Source: Corallochytrium limacisporum Hawaii
Lineage: Eukaryota; Protista; Pluriformea
Reading direction: 5' to 3'
Length of the DNA: 64,000 nt
NCBI GenBank assembly: GCA_002811645.1
Contig: PDIP01000031.1
Span: 1-64,000, forward strand
Positions 10,142 through 21,062 of this stretch are shown here, piece after piece; the first letter of the stretch is position 1; the number at the start of each line of letters is the position of its first letter. Below the pieces are notes generated by a model. It saw only the letters and a program-made list of their open reading frames with translations. It had not been told where the DNA came from and did not search any database. A program made the position numbers and the translations under genes.

Positions 10142-12459
10142 GGTCTGCTATCACCCAAATCTACGTGTAGTCACTGAGATCATTCTTGCGAGGACCTCTA
10201 CCGATGCTTACTTTCATCGACTATTCAATTCCATGGTTAATAGAAACGACCGCTAAATCCAACCTCTTCGTACGTTCTTAGTGAAGACTAGCTTTAAAAT
10301 AGCCGAACATAATGATTCTACAATCATATCTATGCCACCAATCCCGTCATAGCCGTCCGCTTTGGCACCACAAACCCACCGCACACTCCTACACTCGGCG
10401 GCCAAGCCAGCAAACCGACCCGTCCGGGTCGCGTGGAGATGACCAAAAGGTACGGGACCCCCCCCCCGGGGGGCGAGCCGGGCAGGCAAATAGAAATCGA
10501 AGGCGGTGCGGGTTGTAATCAAATCAGATTCAATCAAATGTATAGGGGGCCTATTTATATCTTGCAGACTCCTTGGTTGGGTCCTTTCGATAAAATTGGA
10601 CTCCCATTAACTTCTGGCCCCGTCGACGGCGCACCGAAACCGACGTCACTCTAGTATACGGCTGCTGTAGAGATCAGTGGTAAATGTATGACAACAGCAG
10701 ATTTTCACGGTCCTCGGGATTCCCCAGGTGTCCCTCTGCCTCCTGGGGCAATCGTACTTGTCACCCATTACTGTTCTGGTCCCTCTGCAACTGCTTGCCT
10801 TGGTTCCTCACCGTTCGGCGCGGCGCCGGTGCGAATGCTGGGTTCCTTAAGTGTTAGCGCCCGATACGCTCCAGTTCAAGCAATTTTCTGCGGGTGGCGC
10901 AGGGCCCGCAAACGTTGCCTACTCATCCACTAATGCCGACCCTCTAATAAGGCCCCCCCCCCTGCAGCTCCTGGGTTTTACGCTGTATTCAAATCGAACG
11001 TGTCTCGGCGATCTGTGCGCCGCTCTTTACACGTTTTGACGTTGGGAGGAACAGTGGTTTAGGCAGAAAAAGCCCCTGGGTAGCAAGGGTGAACCCTTGC
11101 TCGACTATGGCCATGACAAACTTGGGAGGCGAGCTGGGGGAGAGGGGTAGGGTGTCCGGCGGGGGCCGGTGGTGATTCCATAAATCGTATCGGAGGCGCG
11201 GCCCTAGTCCCGGGTTCATCCGGACCAAGGTGAGAATTATCACTATTCCGGATATCTCAATACCCCCTAAATAACCTTTCTTGGTGGGAAATGTAGCCAG
11301 TGGAGGGCCCATTAAAATAGCTTTCCCGGATAACATAGTGTTGATGATTTCAAGGATTGAGGCCACTAGTACAGTGGAAAAGGGGCCACCACAAACCTGG
11401 CGCTTGCCTAGAAAAACACCGGACGAAAAGATTTTCTCGCATTTCCAGGCCAGCACAGCCCGGAAAAAAAAACAAAACCAACCCTCGTAAGAACTGTGTG
11501 GTCTGATCGTCGCCACAAAAAAGTATAACTGGGTGAGGAGCGTGGGTGGCATAAGGAGGAGGAGAGTTTCTTTTATCGTCTGGCAAGCTACCACGAACGG
11601 CGGCTCGTCATGGCCCTATACTTTACATTACCGCACAAAGCTCCGCGCTTCGCCCCAGACGCCGCACTCTCTCACTATTCTCTGTCCCTCCCTCCCCCCC
11701 AAACCAAGGTCGCGCCTTTCTTCCCACCTCTCCTCTCACTCACCCGGCTCCCCCCTTTGTTTTCCCTACACTACTCCCGAACCTTGCACTTTCGCTACAA
11801 CCTTTTTACCAGCCCCAAGGAGAGAGAGACAGAGGGTCGGTAGTGGTAGTACTACGATTACTACTACGCGAAACCGCGATTTCGATGGATCCTGGTTTTC
11901 TGTTGTCCTCTCACCTCCCCCCCCCCTCGCTGCCTGCTTCCAGCCCATTCGCGCGCACACCCCCGTTCCGTTCTATTGAAAAGAGTCAGGCGTCAGGCCA
12001 GCATTTTGGAGCAATCCTGGGGCCCTTCAGGTGCCCGGCTGTTGGTTTTCCCGGTACTGCGAAGAGCTGCAGATGCTTGGACAAACGGTGTCCTTCCAGG
12101 CCCGGGAATTTTTTCTCTCCCTTCACAGCGATTTCCGTCCCATCATTCCTAAGTAGCTCCGACCGTACGGTAGAAACCCCATACGTCCCGGGGAAACGAA
12201 CCAAAGAAAACAAAAAGGACGAATGGGCGGCCAGAGAGGCGAAGGAGGAGGAGGACGGGAGCGGGGATGAAGGAGAGGGGGGAGGGAGGGGCGCCGCACT
12301 CTCCTCTCCTCTCCCCCCCTTCCCTTCCCTTCCCCTTCTCCCGTCTTTCCTGCACCCAAATTGTTCCTTGGCCTAAGGACGTGTTCTGCGCATTGGTGGT
12401 ACCCCTCCGCTAGCACTTTTGGGACACAGGCGAGCGGTGTGTGGAGAAGGGGAGGGAGG

Positions 12460-12463
<4 letters not shown>

Positions 12464-12520
<57 letters not shown>
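12464..12520. repeat. (GA)n microsatellite
   Basis: About 28 perfect GA units read directly. Confidence 0.95.
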
Positions 12521-12527
<7 letters not shown>

Positions 12528-12976
12528 CCGGGTGAACTGGTGGTTTGTTTCTAGCCGGCAAGCTGTGCGCAACCAAACAGCCTTTAGACATTGTTTAATA
12601 CTCTGTCGTCCAAAAGACCAAGCAGTTGAGTAAGGGATGCCCCGTAACCTAAACAGGTCCACACTCGGTCACATTAGGGAACGACGAGACAGTTGCAGAG
12701 AACACCGGGGGTTCGCTCAATGACTTCAAGAATTTTACAACAATGTCCCCCTCCCGCACTCCCTCTTTTCCTGCACGGACAGACTATCCGCGGGAACCAT
12801 GCAAATTTTCTTGATGACTTTTTGGACGAAGTTGTTCCTGCCCCAGCCCAAGACCACATCGCCCAATACAGAGAAGAGCGATAGCGAGCGGGGCGAGAGA
12901 GAAGAGCGCAGCGCGCAAGGGGAGAAACCGCGTGTGGAAGGGAAGGAAAATACATCGGTGTCCAGCGAAATCTTTG

Positions 12977-13001
12977 GTGTGTGTGTGTGTGTGTGTGTGT
13001 G
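12977..13001. repeat. (GT)n microsatellite; similar tracts at ~14581-14603, 29677-29700, 35077-35104 and 56962-56984
   Basis: Read directly. Confidence 0.9.
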
Positions 13002-15822
13002 TCATTCGCACACACCCGACCCCGTGGGCGTGCTTCATTACAAAAACCACCTTTTTTTTTTGCAGGTTTCCAAATTGTCCCGGCTGTGGCAACCATGATT
13101 CACTTCTTATACTTATTGTATACGTCGTCGTGAATTATTGGCAGCCACCGGCGGTTTATAATATGGTCCGCCGCTATTCGCTTTTTTTTTTTCTTTTTGT
13201 AATTTGGGTCGGTGTCCCTTCCTGCTGATCCCATCGCTAGTGTGTGCCGTCTCATTTTCTTTTTTTTTGCTGTTGGGCACAGGTTTTGGCTGGGGTCCCC
13301 GATGGGCTTCGTGTGCATTCTCCCGTACTCTATCGTAGGGACTCCCCGGAACGGCTTGGTTGTGTCGAGGGATAATTGATCCTCGGGACAGAGATGGGCG
13401 ATCCAAATCTATGATGATGGCCCGTCGTGGTATTGTTTATTTATTTTTTTGGGCTAAGATTACCGGAAGTGACGCGCGGAAGCGAAGGGGTGCCCCCTCC
13501 CCCCTCCACCTCCCCTCCTTCCCTTTCTCCCCAGACCGCAACCAGCGCGGGCCGCGGCCGACCGCGAGAAAAGTGCGTATAGCGCCCGCTTCGCCGCAAG
13601 CTTCGGGGAGAATGGGGAGAGAGAGGTGGTGGTGGTGGTGCCACAGCGGCAGTTGTGAGGGGTAAGAGTACTGACAAGTACCGAGGAGCAGCGGAGACGG
13701 TACTTTTGTTAGGCGCCCCGAGGCGGGAGGCCGCCGCCCCCGGGGGAGGGAGGGGAGTGGTGCACTGGAGTTTGATTTTGGCGGCGGAGTATGAAGCGAG
13801 AGAGAGAGAGAGAGGGAGAGAGGGAGAGAGAGAGAGCGCCGACGCCCTGCCCTTTCCCTTCTCCTTCCCTACCTCAGTCTACTACTGCGGCAACAGGAAA
13901 AAAAAAGGAGAGAAAAAAGAGGGGGCGTCTGTCCGGACCCAAATAAGGAAGAGATGAAATCTGGGTTGAATGAGGAAAAGAAAAGAAAGAAGGAAAAAAA
14001 GGGGGCCAGAGGTCAAGCTTCCGCCTTTTAATCCCCTTTGTTGCAATAGAAAAGAAAGGGAAAGTTTTGGACAACCCGGATTTTGGTCTGTTTGCATTTT
14101 TTTGTGTCCTTGGCTTTCCAACACCGCCGACCGGCGGTGCCCGTGGGTGTGTGGGGTCCGGGGAGAACAAGCGATGTGGAGTGAGCGGGAGTGTATGAGA
14201 AAGAAGGAACAAATGGCGGGTGGGTCTCTCACAGATGAAACAGGTGTGGACAAGGTTACCCCAATTAATCAAGACATCGAGACCGGGGCAGGCCGAAGCG
14301 CCCAACCAACCAACCAAAGTTTGAAGCGTGAAGAATGACTTGTGCTGTGTGCATTCCTAGAAACTCTCCGTTCCATCTCTCTTCTGTGTCACTGGCGCGG
14401 TCTAACCAGCACCCACCGTTTCCCGACTCGCTTTCCCTTCGCTTCCCTGCCGGTGCGGTATTTGCTGCGCCAGTCTTTGGCCCGTCGCTCGTTCCGGCCC
14501 ACCCCTCTCCCCCCTTTTTAAGTCAGAGAGTGATCTCTGTCACCGAGACCGAGACCGAGTCCGTGCATGTGCGTGCATGCGTGTGTGTGTGTGTGTGTGT
14601 GTGCGTGCGTAATGTGTCTGTTGCAACTGCAGAAGCAATTCTGTCCAAGGGGAAAAAAAAGGAGAAAAAAAAAGTGTGGTGAGCCCAACCCTCCCCCCCC
14701 CCTTCGGGAGAGATGCGGGGGAGGGAGAAGGAAGGGGGGGTTGGTGGGGAGGTGGAAGGAGAAAAGATACTTGCTCTGATAAATTTAAGTCAAAAATGAA
14801 GAACCGGGGCCCGTAAGTGCAAAATGAATAGAGTAAAAAAAGATGACTGAAGGAAAGTGAGGAGGGGAGGGAGGGAGAGATTCGCAACGGTGCGTGTATG
14901 TGTCCTTTTCGTGTGACGGAAGACAAAAACTCGACCAAGAAAAAATGAACACCCGTCCGCAAGATTTTTTTCATTTGCCGGGGGTGAAAGGAGGGGAGGG
15001 GGGGTAAGTAGAAGTGGGGGTGGTGGTGGTGCGGTGCCCGTGGAAGGGGTTCTATATTTTTTCATCGCCAGCGATAACGAGAAAAAGGAAGGGGGGAGGG
15101 GGGAAGAGACGAGAGAGAGAGCGAGAGAGAGAGAGAGAGTCAGAAAGAAAGAAAGAAAGGAAGAAAGAAAGGGAAGAAGAGAAAGGGAAGAAGAGAAAGG
15201 GAAGAAGAGAAAGGGGCCATTGAGACCCCCCGCAGTGCCAGCCACTGCCCCGGGCTGGGCGCCCGTTACGCGCTGGTGGTGTGAATTTTGTCTTGTGCGA
15301 GTGTGGGTTGGTAGGCGTATGGCCTCAGTCATAGCGTCCACGTCGTGTGGCTTACCGACACAGTCGGTGGATTTGTGTGCTGCGGTGTGCATGAATTTGT
15401 GACTGCGGTGATAATGGACATGGTGTAAATGCATAGGGCGTTCGGTGACATAATCTTGAGCTGAGTGTGCAAGCAGGTTGGTAGAAAAGGTCGTCAATGA
15501 GAGGAGTCTGTCGATGCGAATAAACGTCGAATGTGAGTGAATGCCACTGGGAAGACATCAACGTATATGTGTGAAGGTTGAATGTTTGACAGCACTGAAT
15601 AATAACAAGATAGCGAACCCAATTTTATTTGTACTCCAGTCTTTGATAGGGGTCAGCCAGGACACAGAGTGAATCTAGAAAACGGGACATCAGCCGATTC
15701 GCAAGAATGAATGAGTAGCGAGTCCATTCGATTTAGATCTTCGGGTGAAATTTTAATTCGCTGTCTGTGATCAGCAGACGCGCAGTAACATTAGGGTATA
15801 GCAATTTAGACAAACAGGTACC

Positions 15823-18800
15823 ATGTCCTTTTTCAAGGACCTCTTCGGAATCTCAAAGTGCTGCGATCCGCAGTTTTTCAAGCACGAAACAGATCGTATC
15901 ATTGTCGTGCAAGCACCGTCGTCCGAGGCTGCTCTACACACGCTTCCATCCGAATACCATGACGATGATGAAACAGGGCTTCCCCAGTCGCGTGGGACCA
16001 TGCCGGCCAAGTATCAGAAGGCATTCAATCGTGCCCTTGGTCGCATGCTGAGCAGACACGGGAACGGCATGATGGTCTGCAATTTCATGGGCACGGACAT
16101 CTTCCCACCACTTGCGGAGCAATTCCAGCGCAACAATGTGTCAGTGGTGGATTTTCCAAACACAGTAATCCAGCCGGACGGCACTACCCCACCCGGAGTG
16201 GCGGCAGTAAGTACCCTGGGTATGACAGTCAAGGGCTGGCTCGAAGCCGATAAGAACAACACGGTACTGATCGCCTGCTGTCCAGGGCAAGCGGTGCTAA
16301 CCATCGCCTGCGTAATGGCTTTCTTGGATAGTGCACAGTTGCGCTTGCTGCGGCAGCGGCTCATTTCGGAACAGGAACGGAGAGCGCTTTCGGGACGGAA
16401 GGAAAAGCCCCGGATCAGTCCGCGCCTCAGTCCGCGCCGACTGATGCGCCGGGGCAGTTCAAGCAAAACATCCTCGACAAAACCAAGTCGCCGGGCAAGC
16501 AACCCATCTGCAGGTAGCATCAGCCCGCTCCGACTGTCGCGAAAGGGATCCGCGTCGACCGGACCGGGAACACAGGCTGCCAAGCGCGCAAGTATGCCAT
16601 CGATGGGGTCAGTGACGAGCATGCAATCGGATGTCGGCGTGACACCTGCTTCCAACGCTGGCGAAATCGAAAACACACAGGGCAGAAAGGGTGGTAGTGC
16701 GGCAAATGTCTCCCCGGCGCGGAAGATTGTCATTGCCAACCTTGCGGCGACCAATGTCATGAAGGTACCGGAACAGTACGAATACGAAGCCAACAAGTGG
16801 CGGGCACGGCACCTTGAAGCCTTCCGATCCAAAACCCGATCCCTGGGCGACAATTGTCCCGGACTGTTGCAGAGGCCCGTCATGGCAGAACGGTATCTCA
16901 ATCTGTACTTGGGTATGCTGCTCGAGTCCAACCACGATGCGCACGAACTGGTCAACGGCAAGTCCATGGTCATCGAAGGCATTGACATCCATGGCGTGCC
17001 AAATATGAGCAAAGGCGGCAGTAACCTGTTCATGATGATCATTGGCCACAGTGAGGTGATGTACAATTCCATGCTGACAATGTGCGGCCCCGTGCGATGT
17101 GACAAGGAGCAAACCCAGCGCTTCAAGGTACCCAAGGATGCTCTCATGCTGAGGGACGACTGCCTGATTCGCCTTTACCACCGCCGTCGGAACGGCGCCA
17201 TCCGCCCGTTGGCGTCGGTACTGATTTGTCCACAGATGAGCGAGTACATCTACCGCCGTAAACTGAAGGAAGTTGCGGAAGAGGAAGGTTTGATCATTGC
17301 CAGAAATGCTGAGGGCATGTATATTCTCGTCGATCCGCGTGAGCTCATGTCATCTGTGAACTCCGACACCCACGAGGGCATGGAAAACCTCGTGCTCAGG
17401 CTCCCAGCCACGGTCGCAGAGAAGGCGGAAAACGCCTCACAGGGCAGTGACGAAGTGGTGGTGACAACTGCCGAATCGTTGACCGATGTCCGCAAGTCGC
17501 CAAAGGAAAAGGAAAATGCTCTGTACACTGACGAAGACGAAGAGGACAGCGTCGAAGTCGTGTCTCCAGGTCAGCAGCCAGTGCTCCAGGGATCATCATT
17601 GCGCTCAACGTCCGCAACTGGACCCAATCTGTCCACCTCCGTGTCGAGCTGGAGCATGGCCTGGTCGCGTGCTGACTTTGATCAAGAGCTCTTCGATGAC
17701 CGCTTCCCGCAGAACTTTGCCATCGAAGTCCATTTCCGTCTCCCGGTCGCAAAAGGCACAAAGGAAAGCAGTTCTTCGTCACTGTCGGATACGGAAGAAG
17801 AAGAGTTAGTCGCCATGACCGGTCCGGATGGAGGTGCCTCCTCGTCCAGCGCATGTCTGGCTGCGCGGGTGGAGTCCGAGTGCTTCCCCCGCGTGCTCTC
17901 TCGGGTTGCCGAGACCGAAGGTGTTGACTTTGGGCCCGAAGTGGCGACTTGTACTGCTAATGCTCCTGCCGGGGAGCCACAGCCGCGACCGAGCATAGAA
18001 GACGACGAAGCCCTCGCGCGCGCACTGCAGGCACAGTTCGACCGTGAGGCCCATGAAGAGGCGCGCAGGCGTCGCGAGGCCCAGGCACAGCAACAACGGC
18101 GTCGCAGCCAGCAAGAAATGGTGGCCGAGTCCCACGGGAGCGACCGCGGTTCCGAACTGCGCGCCAGCATCACGCACGTCACTGCCCTGTCAACGGGCAG
18201 CGATGAGTCACCGACAACACGTAGGTCATTGACGGTCCCATTCGGTGGTGTTAGCCCAGAAGGTAGCCAACTGCGCACTAGCGGTCATCTCCTCACGGAT
18301 CTTGCTCCCGCACCGGCTGGTACCGCTGGGCATGAGGGCTTCAATGCCCCCGCACCTACCCGTCTGGAGCAAATCCTTCAGTTCGCCTCTGTCGAGTCGT
18401 CCGATGAACCGGCTACGGCCGGGCTAGGCCCGGGGCCCATGGGCCCAGGCCCGCTAATCCACAATCCGGGAGAGCAACCGTACCGAGTGCGTTCTGTTGG
18501 TGGCTACATCTTCCGCTCTCCGTCCATGGGCACTCCCAATTCCATGGACATGGTGCGTGCCTCAGGGCACGCACCACGCACCAATGCGCAGGTCGACGAC
18601 GACAGGAGGATGGCAGAAGTTCTACAGGAGGAACTTGCGCTCGAATCCACTCAGCGCCGCCACGGCGTGAACCCGGACATTCGTGCTTTAGTCGCTCGTC
18701 TTCCGACCATGAAATGGTGGACCACGATGAGCGCCAAGGAATGCCAAGTCTGTCGCGAAGAGTTCGAACCGGGCCATGCTGTCAAGCTCCTGCCTTGCTT

Positions 18801-19014
18801 CCACACCTACCATACTGCATGCATCGATCCCTGGCTGATCAGGCGCGGTGCCTGCCCCGTATGCCAAACGCGCATCGATGCCGGGCTGGAGCATGACGAA
18901 GAGCACCAGGCTGAGGTGGCACGTCAGCAGGAGCGGGAACGCCGCAGGCAGGAACTATTGCGTGAACGGCAACAGATGACAGCCCGTTCGCGGTACCATT
19001 CATCCAGCAGCTGA
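15823..19014 (+). CDS. PTEN/tensin-type pseudophosphatase + C2 domain + UIM-like motifs + RING-H2 E3 ligase
   Basis: Tensin-phosphatase-like segments TDRIIV, MMVCNF, GWLEADKNNTVLIACC. PTEN-C2-like segments IHGVPNMSKGG, LRDDCLIRLYH, DDRFPQNFAIEVHF. UIM-like EDDEALARALQAQF. RING-H2 CQVC…LPCFHTYHTACIDPWL…CPVC. Confidence 0.8.
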   Translation: MSFFKDLFGISKCCDPQFFKHETDRIIVVQAPSSEAALHTLPSEYHDDDETGLPQSRGTMPAKYQKAFNRALGRMLSRHGNGMMVCNFMGTDIFPPLAEQFQRNNVSVVDFPNTVIQPDGTTPPGVAAVSTLGMTVKGWLEADKNNTVLIACCPGQAVLTIACVMAFLDSAQLRLLRQRLISEQERRALSGRKEKPRISPRLSPRRLMRRGSSSKTSSTKPSRRASNPSAGSISPLRLSRKGSASTGPGTQAAKRASMPSMGSVTSMQSDVGVTPASNAGEIENTQGRKGGSAANVSPARKIVIANLAATNVMKVPEQYEYEANKWRARHLEAFRSKTRSLGDNCPGLLQRPVMAERYLNLYLGMLLESNHDAHELVNGKSMVIEGIDIHGVPNMSKGGSNLFMMIIGHSEVMYNSMLTMCGPVRCDKEQTQRFKVPKDALMLRDDCLIRLYHRRRNGAIRPLASVLICPQMSEYIYRRKLKEVAEEEGLIIARNAEGMYILVDPRELMSSVNSDTHEGMENLVLRLPATVAEKAENASQGSDEVVVTTAESLTDVRKSPKEKENALYTDEDEEDSVEVVSPGQQPVLQGSSLRSTSATGPNLSTSVSSWSMAWSRADFDQELFDDRFPQNFAIEVHFRLPVAKGTKESSSSSLSDTEEEELVAMTGPDGGASSSSACLAARVESECFPRVLSRVAETEGVDFGPEVATCTANAPAGEPQPRPSIEDDEALARALQAQFDREAHEEARRRREAQAQQQRRRSQQEMVAESHGSDRGSELRASITHVTALSTGSDESPTTRRSLTVPFGGVSPEGSQLRTSGHLLTDLAPAPAGTAGHEGFNAPAPTRLEQILQFASVESSDEPATAGLGPGPMGPGPLIHNPGEQPYRVRSVGGYIFRSPSMGTPNSMDMVRASGHAPRTNAQVDDDRRMAEVLQEELALESTQRRHGVNPDIRALVARLPTMKWWTTMSAKECQVCREEFEPGHAVKLLPCFHTYHTACIDPWLIRRGACPVCQTRIDAGLEHDEEHQAEVARQQERERRRQELLRERQQMTARSRYHSSSS

Positions 19015-19204
19015 TGACTTTTGGCGCGAACAACTGTTTGCAAGAAAGACGCATTACATGATTACATTTCAAATTAAAGACGACCATTGATATCATCATG
19101 ACCATCTATTTGTAAAGACGAAGTCATACCAAAGTATGTGTCTAATATTCACAACCATAGAACTTAAGGGGATTTTAGGGGCAAAGGGTCGAGATACGCT
19201 CTCT

Positions 19205-19280
19205 GCGTGTTCAGCGGTCATTCGAGGTCCCGAGCAAATTTACAACCCGAAATCAAAGTTTTTCCGTCGAATGCCAAGCG
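19205..19280 (-). promoter_or_regulatory. Candidate SECIS element in the SELENOS 3' UTR
   Basis: Minus strand reads TTGAT-TTCGGGTTGT-AAA-TTTGCTCGGG-ACCTCGAA-TGAC: a UGAN/NGAN core, an upper stem, an apical AAA and a lower stem TTCGACG/CGCTGAA. The base before UGA is T rather than A. Confidence 0.45.
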
Positions 19281-19536
19281 TCATGGTTCAATGCAAAGTC
19301 AGGAGACGAGAACAGATAATCAACAGCTGTCAGCATCCTTCCTTGCAGAAACGAGAGTAGTACCCGGAGAATCATTTTTTTATAGACTTTCAACAACCGA
19401 CGGGGATGTGCGGGGTACTGCAGCAGTAGATGAGCGCTTCACAGTTGGTCAAATGCATAAAACCATGACCACCCTATCTACCATTTAGAGATTAAACAGA
19501 CTACTAAGTGTCTGTCTCCCACAACGACCCGCCGGT

Positions 19537-20094
19537 TTAGCCTCATCCGCGTCTGCGACCTACGCGTCGCATGGAGCCTGAGAGCTGTCGAGCCCCACCT
19601 ATGCCACCACCACCCATAAGTGGAAAATAATCCGGTTGGGATGCTGACGCAGCTGACGAGCCATTCCTGCGCCCCATACCAGGTTTCCAGGCGCAGGCAT
19701 CGTCCTCTTCAGCGTCATTGTCGGACTCATCCACCGCTTCGCCGTTGAGCTTCCGCTCCAACCGTTCCTTTTCTTTGCGCTCCTTCTCCTCCTTGGCGCT
19801 CTGTGCCTCGAGCGCGAGCTTCTCCTGCTGCTTCTGTCGAGCTGCAAGCATGCGTTCCCGATGGACAGAATTCTCCACGAAGGCCATACGTTGCGGGTTG
19901 GGTATGTAGCTCTTACTACCCTTGGCATAGGAGTTGTATGTGTAAATGAGGAAAGCCGCTCCGATCACAAAGAACCACATGTACGGCACCAACGCCTGCC
20001 ACAGGGCAATGGGGTCGATAGCTGGCACACTGGTACCCGTCCCACCACTAGAAGTGCCCGTGGGCGGCGTGCTACCCTGATCCATATGGGCCAT
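19537..20094 (-). CDS. SELENOS: Selenoprotein S (VIMP/SELENOS) homolog with penultimate Sec encoded by UGA at 19545-19543
   Basis: Single N-terminal TM helix, p97-binding-like RERMLAARQKQQEKL coiled coil, DYFPLMGGG motif (cf. YNPL-G), G/R-rich tail ending GGA-TGA-GGC-TAA = G-U-G-stop. First ATG at 20094. Confidence 0.88.
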
Positions 20095-20127
20095 GGCTGA
20101 ACCCAATGTGTGGACGTTGTAACCTTT

Positions 20128-20207
20128 CTAATTTGTGAGTCCCAGATGTTGTCACACAGAACAGTTATTAATCATAGTTACGTCAGTAACCAGGGAATTT
20201 AACATAC
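20128..20207 (-). other. Putative 5'-UTR intron of SELENOS
   Basis: CAG|GTATGT donor, TACTGAC and GACTCAC branch-like motifs, first downstream AG at 20129-20128. Confidence 0.55.
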
Positions 20208-20698
20208 CTGCAATGCTGTGGAATTTACTAATGCTTTTTGATGACCAAGGCTTCGCAGACCGATGAACAATAAGTCAAGAACAAAGAAACGCTGCCTTCG
20301 GGCGAAGGTATTTGAGAAACGACTGAAGACCCACCACCAGAACGGGACATTTACCGGTGCCATTCCGGGTCCTTCACCCCGAGCGGGTCTGGGCTCTCTT
20401 CTCCCAGAGCCTTTCTCCATTGGCCCCGGACTTGCCCCGGGGGGAGAGAGGGGGGGTTTTGGGTGGAGTTCCCTCTCCTCTCCCGGCCAGAAAGAACGGC
20501 GTCGGACCACGGAGGAAGCAAAGGAGAGAGTAGCTGCTGTTGGCACATCTTTCCCCCCCCCTTCTCGGGGGCCCCGGGGCTGGAAATCAGAATCAAGCCG
20601 AGAGGGAAGGGAAATGCGTATGTTTATAACTACGCCTCATCCGTCTGAGCACCAGTGAATCAGCGCTAATTTATTCGCATATTGAAGGGGACAAATTG

Positions 20699-21062
20699 GA
20701 AGTGATTGTCAGATTGGAATATTTTACTGTCATTCAAAATACATAGTTCTTTTCCCCGGGGGGGGGGGTCCCTCTCTCTCTCTCTCTCCCCCCCCCCCCC
20801 CTTCGGGAGAGATGCGGGGGAGGGAGAAGGAAGGGGGGGTTGGTGGGGAGGAGGAAGGAGAAAAGATACTTGCTCTGATAAATTTAAGTCANNNNNNNNN
20901 NNNNNNNNNNNNNNNNNNNNNNNNNNNNNNNNNNNNNNNNNNNNNNNNNNNNNNNNNNGAAGTGATTGTCAGATTGGAATATTTTACTGTCATTCAAAAT
21001 ACATAGTTCTTTTCCCCGGGGGGGGGGTCCCTCTCTCTCTCTCTCTCCCCCCCCCCCCCCCC
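20699..21062. repeat. Direct duplication flanking the N-gap (20699-20800 = 20959-21062), plus a copy of 14701-14792 at 20801-20891; probable assembly artefact
   Basis: Near-identical sequence on both sides of the gap. The left copy switches to the 14.7-kb sequence inside a poly-C run. Confidence 0.8.

Noticed and set aside
10581-10625. U6-like words (TAAAATTGGA … TGGCCCC)
   Set aside because: Lacks the invariant ACAGAGA box and the AGC triad context.
14701-14792. 92-bp segment repeated at 20801-20891, considered as a dispersed repeat or mobile element
   Set aside because: The second copy begins inside a poly-C run and ends at an N-gap, after which the preceding ~100 bp is repeated. This is typical of a mis-extended contig end; no TIR or TSD is visible.
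16014-17147. Long antisense ORFs (377 aa here; 354 aa at 61672-62736; many shorter ones)
   Set aside because: They are shadows of real opposite-strand CDSs and have no recognisable motifs.
19095-19130. Alternative SECIS with ATGA…AAA…TGAT on the minus strand
   Set aside because: ATGAC pairs Watson-Crick with GTCAT, and the stem is out of register for a G·A/A·G quartet.
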